From Octopus sinensis (Eukaryota), in assembly GCF_006345805.1 (NCBI RefSeq), contig NC_043007.1, positions 42,656,001-42,720,000 on the forward strand: 64,000 bases of DNA. The letters are read 5' to 3'. The position numbers were made by a program, and so were the translations under genes. This document shows, in pieces, positions 59,701 through 64,000 of the stretch (positions within the stretch are counted from its first letter, which is position 1; every line of letters starts with the position of its first letter). The notes below the pieces were generated by a model that saw only the letters and a list, made by a program, of their open reading frames with translations, had not been told where the DNA came from and searched no databases.

Positions 59701-61924
59701 CATGAAATTCATTCAAGAATGATAGCAAATCCTTTGATGAATGGGAGAAACAAAGATTTTGCTAAAGAGTTGTAAGTTAACTACAGCTATTACAATATGT
59801 GCATACATATTGAAGGAGGGAGAACATAACTAAAGCAAATGTACCATTCATTTAGTAGAACTTATTCATATATGTGGTAAGAATTTTGCTTCCTAACCAC
59901 ATAGTTCTGGGTTCAGTACCACTTCTACCATAGCCTCAGGCCAACCAAAGCATTGTGAGTGGATTTGATAGATTGAAACTGAAAGAAGCCTATCATATAT
60001 GTATGTATGGTGTGTGTTTGTCTATTTGTGTCTGTGTTTGTCCCCCACCACCGCTTAAAAAGTGGTTTTTGTCTTTAAAGCCCTGTAATTCAGACGTTTG
60101 GCAAAAGAGACCCAAAGAATAAGTACCAGGCTTTACAAAAAGTAGTAAGTTACAGAAATAGCTATTGCAAAATTAATTACGAACATGGTTATCTTGAATG
60201 AAATACATTTTGTCTTTCTGCTAGGAAAGGTATCACCAATGCCATATTCCTAAGCGAAACAACAGTGGGAAAGTACTTATCAAGGAGTAAGCCCCTATAG
60301 GATGGTCTTTAACAGATTCTCTTGCTCTGTGATCTGGTGGTCACTACAGGAGTTAGATTTAGATAAATTGTTTGTGGGGGTTATGACAGCTATGTACAGA
60401 GGTGCAGAGAACAAGGTGGAGAGTTAAAGAGTTCAACAATGAATTTACCTTACAAGTAGAGATCTATCCTTTGTCTCCTCTTATTTATTATAGTCCACCA
60501 AGCCATGACAGAGGAGTTTCAGACCAGCTGTTTGTGAGGACTCTTCTATGTCAATGACCTAGCTCTTACAACTGACTCTGTAGAACTGGAAAAAAACTCC
60601 AGATATGAACAAACCTTGGAACTGAAGGACTCTAAAGCAAACTTAGCAAAACTAAAAATTTTAGTAAGTAGGACAAAGACAGGACCCTGCTACAATCATG
60701 GAAATGGTTGTGCTCTAGATATAGAATAGGAGTATGTAGAAATTCCAGTGTAAGTATTGGGCATATCAGAGGTATAATTGGATGACAGGAAGGCTAACAG
60801 AAAAAGTACACTTCACATGCAGCAGGTGCACAGGGGCAATAAGTACTAAGTGCTCTGAGAAAATGTTCTTCCAAATGCCAAAGTGGTTTCCAAGAAGTAG
60901 TTGACAATTTTTGTTACCTAGGCAACCTAATTAACAGTGAGAGTGCTGTGAAATCATTGTAGCTAGAATAAGGAAAGAGAGAGAGAAAGAGAGAGAGGAA
61001 ATTCAAACTGATCTGATGTTCCCTTACAAGTATCCACCTGGCTGAGTGTAGTATGTGACAGAGCTGATTGTTGCTACAACCACAATCATACACAATGTGA
61101 CAGGAACAAACAACATGATGACATGTTTGGCACCATACAGTAGGGTCTCTTCTTCTTCCTCAGTGCCAGAGCTGTACCCTTTCCTACGGGCCACTGTTGG
61201 AGGAATGCTAACTTCAGATTCTGAGGGGTCAACCTCAGCTTCTCGATCATTCTGAAAAACAATGGCAACAAAGAGCAGGTTATTAAAGTCATATACATAT
61301 GTACAGTCACAGATTTATACAAACAATCATGTGTAGACATACAAAACAATACATACACACTCACGTGCATACATACATGCATATATATATATACATTCAA
61401 ATATATACACATTTATATATACATTCAAATGTACACATATATATGCATGTATTACTGATTCACATGTGAACTTATACATGTATGTACACATATACTCAAA
61501 ATATACAGAACACTGAATAAAAAAGTATACAAACATTAAGTAGAGAATTTGAATGAAAAAGAGTTGAGATAAAAATAGAAGGAAAGGGGGAGTTTATAGA
61601 AGAGAGAAAGGGAAGGATGATGGAGAAGTAAATGAAATTAATAGAGGGGAAATAAGAAAGTGAGAGATTCAGAGGAGAAAGGGAAGAGAGATAAAGAGAG
61701 GTTGCTAACGAAGCTAAAGACAAAGATATTTGACAAAGGATAGTTACATCATATATTCCCCGTATGTCGGGTCGCTGACCCCGTCGATTCATACGTTCAG
61801 TGCGTTCAGCATCAATATATGTCTCCATGTTGGGATGATTTCGAGGTGGGCTGCCTGAACTGGCTGGTGATGAAAGCAAACTAGTACGTTCGGTAGGTTC
61901 GTCGTCACTGGAACTCTGATTCAT
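47570..61924 (-). CDS. PSEN: Presenilin (gamma-secretase catalytic subunit), 10 coding exons, 1524 nt / 507 aa
   Basis: Exons 61924-61748, 61251-61028, 59691-59550, 57834-57767, 55632-55412, 54192-54094, 53185-53081, 51101-50883, 49514-49402, 47725-47570. All GT-AG and phase-compatible. Catalytic WD and GLGD, and PALP. Confidence 0.97.
48501..48721 (-). mobile_element. Mariner-derived MITE (~220 bp) in the last presenilin intron
   Basis: TA flanks; TIRs aaagttcctgactttca / tgaaagccaggaactt; the internal sequence reads like a mariner C-terminus ([16 protein letters not shown]). Confidence 0.7.
49402..49514 (-). CDS. PSEN: Presenilin coding exon 9 (113 nt, GLGD, TM7-8)
   Basis: [37 protein letters not shown]. 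Confidence 0.98.
50883..51101 (-). CDS. PSEN: Presenilin coding exon 8 (219 nt, cytosolic loop)
   Basis: ...[11 protein letters not shown]...GEEEEEE joins R-GVKLG; phase 1-1. Confidence 0.9.
52270..52960 (+). repeat. Tandem amplification (~3 x 200 bp) of a decayed SINE + (TTA)n unit
   Basis: gccaaaattaaaaagaagtattcatt and aagcagcaagcta..aattgtt..cacacc each recur three times. Confidence 0.8.
53081..53185 (-). CDS. PSEN: Presenilin coding exon 7 (105 nt, endoproteolysis region)
   Basis: [15 protein letters not shown]...; ttcag acceptor, GTAATT donor, phase 1-1. Confidence 0.93.
54094..54192 (-). CDS. PSEN: Presenilin coding exon 6 (99 nt, first catalytic Asp)
   Basis: [33 protein letters not shown]; same length as human exon 8. 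Confidence 0.98.
55412..55632 (-). CDS. PSEN: Presenilin coding exon 5 (221 nt, TM4-6)
   Basis: [12 protein letters not shown]...[13 protein letters not shown]...KYLPDWTTW; same length as human exon 7. Confidence 0.98.
55903..56371. mobile_element. MITE (family of 38575-39048) in a presenilin intron
   Basis: cactgtgtaac...gttacacagt termini with long subterminal inverted blocks (cttcaaactttgcttttg / caaaagcaaagtttgaag). Confidence 0.7.
57767..57834 (-). CDS. PSEN: Presenilin coding exon 4 (68 nt, TM3)
   Basis: [23 protein letters not shown]; too short for the ORF track; same length as human exon 6. Confidence 0.97.
58767..58985. repeat. 31-bp minisatellite, ~7 copies
   Basis: Unit agattaacagtgatgttgtaagatgggagac at 58795, 58826, 58857, 58888, 58919 and 58950, with a shorter first copy at 58767. 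Confidence 0.9.
59550..59691 (-). CDS. PSEN: Presenilin coding exon 3 (142 nt, TM2)
   Basis: [10 protein letters not shown]...[16 protein letters not shown]; same length as human exon 5. Confidence 0.97.
60220..60975 (+). mobile_element. Old RTE LINE fragment (same family as 22528-24958), antisense in a presenilin intron
   Basis: Collinear decayed matches to [23 protein letters not shown] and FCYLG. Confidence 0.65.
61028..61251 (-). CDS. PSEN: Presenilin coding exon 2 (224 nt, TM1)
   Basis: [32 protein letters not shown]; ttttcag acceptor, GTAAGG donor. Confidence 0.97.
61748..61924 (-). CDS. PSEN: Presenilin coding exon 1 (177 nt)
   Basis: [17 protein letters not shown] (PSEN2-like ERTSL); acceptor at 61956, donor GTAACT at 61747. 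The start codon is less certain than the other exons. Confidence 0.8.
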
Positions 61925-62375
61925 ACATAAGTTTCGGTTTGTTGGTTTGGGCAAACTGCAATAGAAATGGTTTAAATTCCAAAATGAATCAATTATGGAA
62001 CTTCATTCTTTATATATTAATGGTACCATTATAATTTTTTTTGCTATTTAGTCCCTGATCAGCCCTAATGATTAAGAACATTCCAAGCATCATAATTCCC
62101 TCTAATAATAGGGGTATCTAAAATTATTCTGTCCAATGTACTTACTAATTTTTGTCTTTGAAAACAACAGGGTGTGATTTGATTTAAGTGATATTTGGCT
62201 GCTATTTCTAGCAAGCTGAGCAACCATGTTGAGGCTTCCAATGTGGACTTGTTACAGACCAAAGAGTTCAACTTCATTGAACTGAAGCAAACAAAAAGGA
62301 TCTCCTTTAACCAATACTATAACTGTAAGGTACTGTACCACAGTAAGTCAAAATGCAGTTCATGATGGCCTTGAC

Positions 62376-62732
62376 CAGTGTTTTCCAACCTATTTTCCCC
62401 CAGGCCCCACTATAACTTTCCAGAAAAATATATGCCCCACTGCTGGTTAAAAAACAACTTTATAATATTTCATAATTATATACTTTCCTTAAATATCCAC
62501 ACTAGGGCATTAGAACACTGCTATACTGTAGCAAACAGTTTTCACACAGTATGCTTGACTGGAGGGATTGGCTCGACTGATTATAGGTGTAGTGTGTTTG
62601 CTGTGGAAAAAAAGATTTTCACAATGCCATGTCCCACTAAAAAAGAAAAAAAAAATTTTTTTATCCTATGCCCCACCACAATTTCCCAAGGCTCCCAGCA
62701 GTGGGGTATATACCCCACATTGAGAATTACTG
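62376..62732. mobile_element. hAT-type MITE
   Basis: cagtgttttccaacc...ttgagaattactg termini; subterminal palindrome gtggggtat|ataccccac. Confidence 0.55.
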
Positions 62733-63454
62733 GTTTAAACTATATAATTGTAAGTGCTATGGAGGGGCACGGTTCACTAAAATAAGCAGTGGGAGCACAC
62801 ACACACATTGTAGTTGACCAGCACTTTGTAAACTTGTATATATATAAATATACCTGCAAAAACAGAAATTGTGGGGAAGCCAGTCATGTGGGTGTTTGTG
62901 TGTACAAGTGCATGTATACTTGTAGGAAGCAGAAGGGACATGACAGAAGCTTTTTTTCAAGAAGCAGAACAAAAATACTGTGGTATTTTGTCATGTCCCT
63001 TTAAAGCCTTGGTCAACTTTGACTTTCTTATTCCACAAAAAAAAAATCCTTGAAAATAGTGCCCTACGATGACTAAACACACACTCTCTCTCTCTCTCTC
63101 TCCCTGAGAAACTACTCTAGCATGAATAAAACCAGTAAAAATACACACACACATAAATAGCTTGGCATGAAACAGAGATTTCAACTCTTATTTGCCTTAG
63201 ATGCATTACACATAGGTGAAGTCTTGTGATGCTTCAACATCCTCATAGGTTACAGATCATTTTTTTTTTACCTTGTAAGTCACACTAGCCTACTCTTTAT
63301 TCTTCTCTAAAATGTCATTCCTCTACAATAAGCCTCCCCACTCACCTGTATATGATTACCCGTTCCACTAACTTGAAACAATTTAAATAGAGACACCATC
63401 ACTTTATCCACCCTACCAGCACCAAACATTACACCTGTCAATCTAAAGAAAGAA

Positions 63455-63780
63455 CGTTTACAGGCGCAGGTATGGCTGTGTGATAAGAAGAAAACCTTTT
63501 GAGTATATTTGGTAAGCAGAAACTGAAAGAAACCCATAGTATACATGTATATACATGTGTGTGTCTTAGTGTGTGTTTGTCCCCCACCACCGCTTGACAA
63601 CCGGTGTTGGTGTGTTTACATCCCCGCAACATAACGATGCAGCAAAAGAGACCGATAGAATAAGTACAAGGCTTTAAAATAATCCTTGGGTTGATTTGTT
63701 CGGCTAAAAAAATCCTTCAAGGTGGTGTCCCAGCATAGCCGCACTCAAATGACTGAAACAAGTTAAAGATAAAAGATAAA
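63455..63780 (+). mobile_element. tRNA-derived SINE (second family)
   Basis: ggcgcaggtatggctgtgtgataagaag head with internal deletion; body is the reverse complement of the 2360-2722 family. Confidence 0.65.
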
Positions 63781-64000
63781 CCAACAAAGGACCCTCTAAT
63801 AGTTGTTAGAAATAGCAACCAAACACTCTTCAAATAACACCCTACTATTTTTTTTAAAAAAAAGGAAAGACATTGTTCTGGAAAGAAAAGACAAACTAGT
63901 CATGGTTAGAATGTCTTTGGTCATAGGTCTGCTGAATCAGATCAAACTTGGAGCTGAACAACAGCTAGTGTTGAGGTTGTATTAATAATGCATTCTTTCG

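Noticed and set aside
61496-61747. ORF-track C-terminal continuation of presenilin exon 1 ([11 protein letters not shown]...)
   Set aside because: Read-through into a pyrimidine-rich intron; the GTAACT donor at 61747 is phase-compatible with the next exon.
1663-63985. Numerous 60-150 aa ORFs rich in C/V/Y/I/H/T (e.g. 5864-6265, 7267-7713, 15872-16276, 22366-22674)
   Set aside because: They are translations of (CA)n, (TA)n, (GAT)n and (CT)n microsatellites or SINE bodies, with no family motifs.

Overview
AT-rich, microsatellite-dense animal genomic DNA; the SINE families and repeat texture suggest a coleoid cephalopod such as Octopus (inference). Two protein-coding genes are well supported. 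(1) An intronless ABHD18 (C4orf29) alpha/beta-hydrolase on + (ATG 32767, stop 34254, 495 aa). (2) A presenilin on - with 10 coding exons (61924 to 47570, 507 aa, WD / GLGD / PALP motifs). All its splice phases fit, and five exons are exactly the length of their human PSEN1 counterparts. The rest is mostly transposon-derived: tRNA-derived SINEs, RTE and CR1/L2-type LINE pieces, a full-length decayed mariner, Tc1, pogo and hAT remnants, and several MITE families. Most notable observations: two Penelope-type minimal hammerhead ribozyme candidates (29375-29456 - with an intact core; 2874-2919 + decayed), each beside a ~50-bp-arm hairpin and set in (TA)n; a young RTE LINE with a twin-priming 5' inversion and a PHD finger (22528-24958); a 510-bp fold-back palindrome (14878-15387); a 96-nt pre-miRNA-sized hairpin (30092-30187); and weak candidate small spliced genes on + (14.8-20.5 kb) and divergent from the ABHD18 promoter. 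No rRNA, intact tRNA or CRISPR was found. Decayed-repeat boundaries are approximate; exon, TIR and hairpin coordinates were counted by hand.
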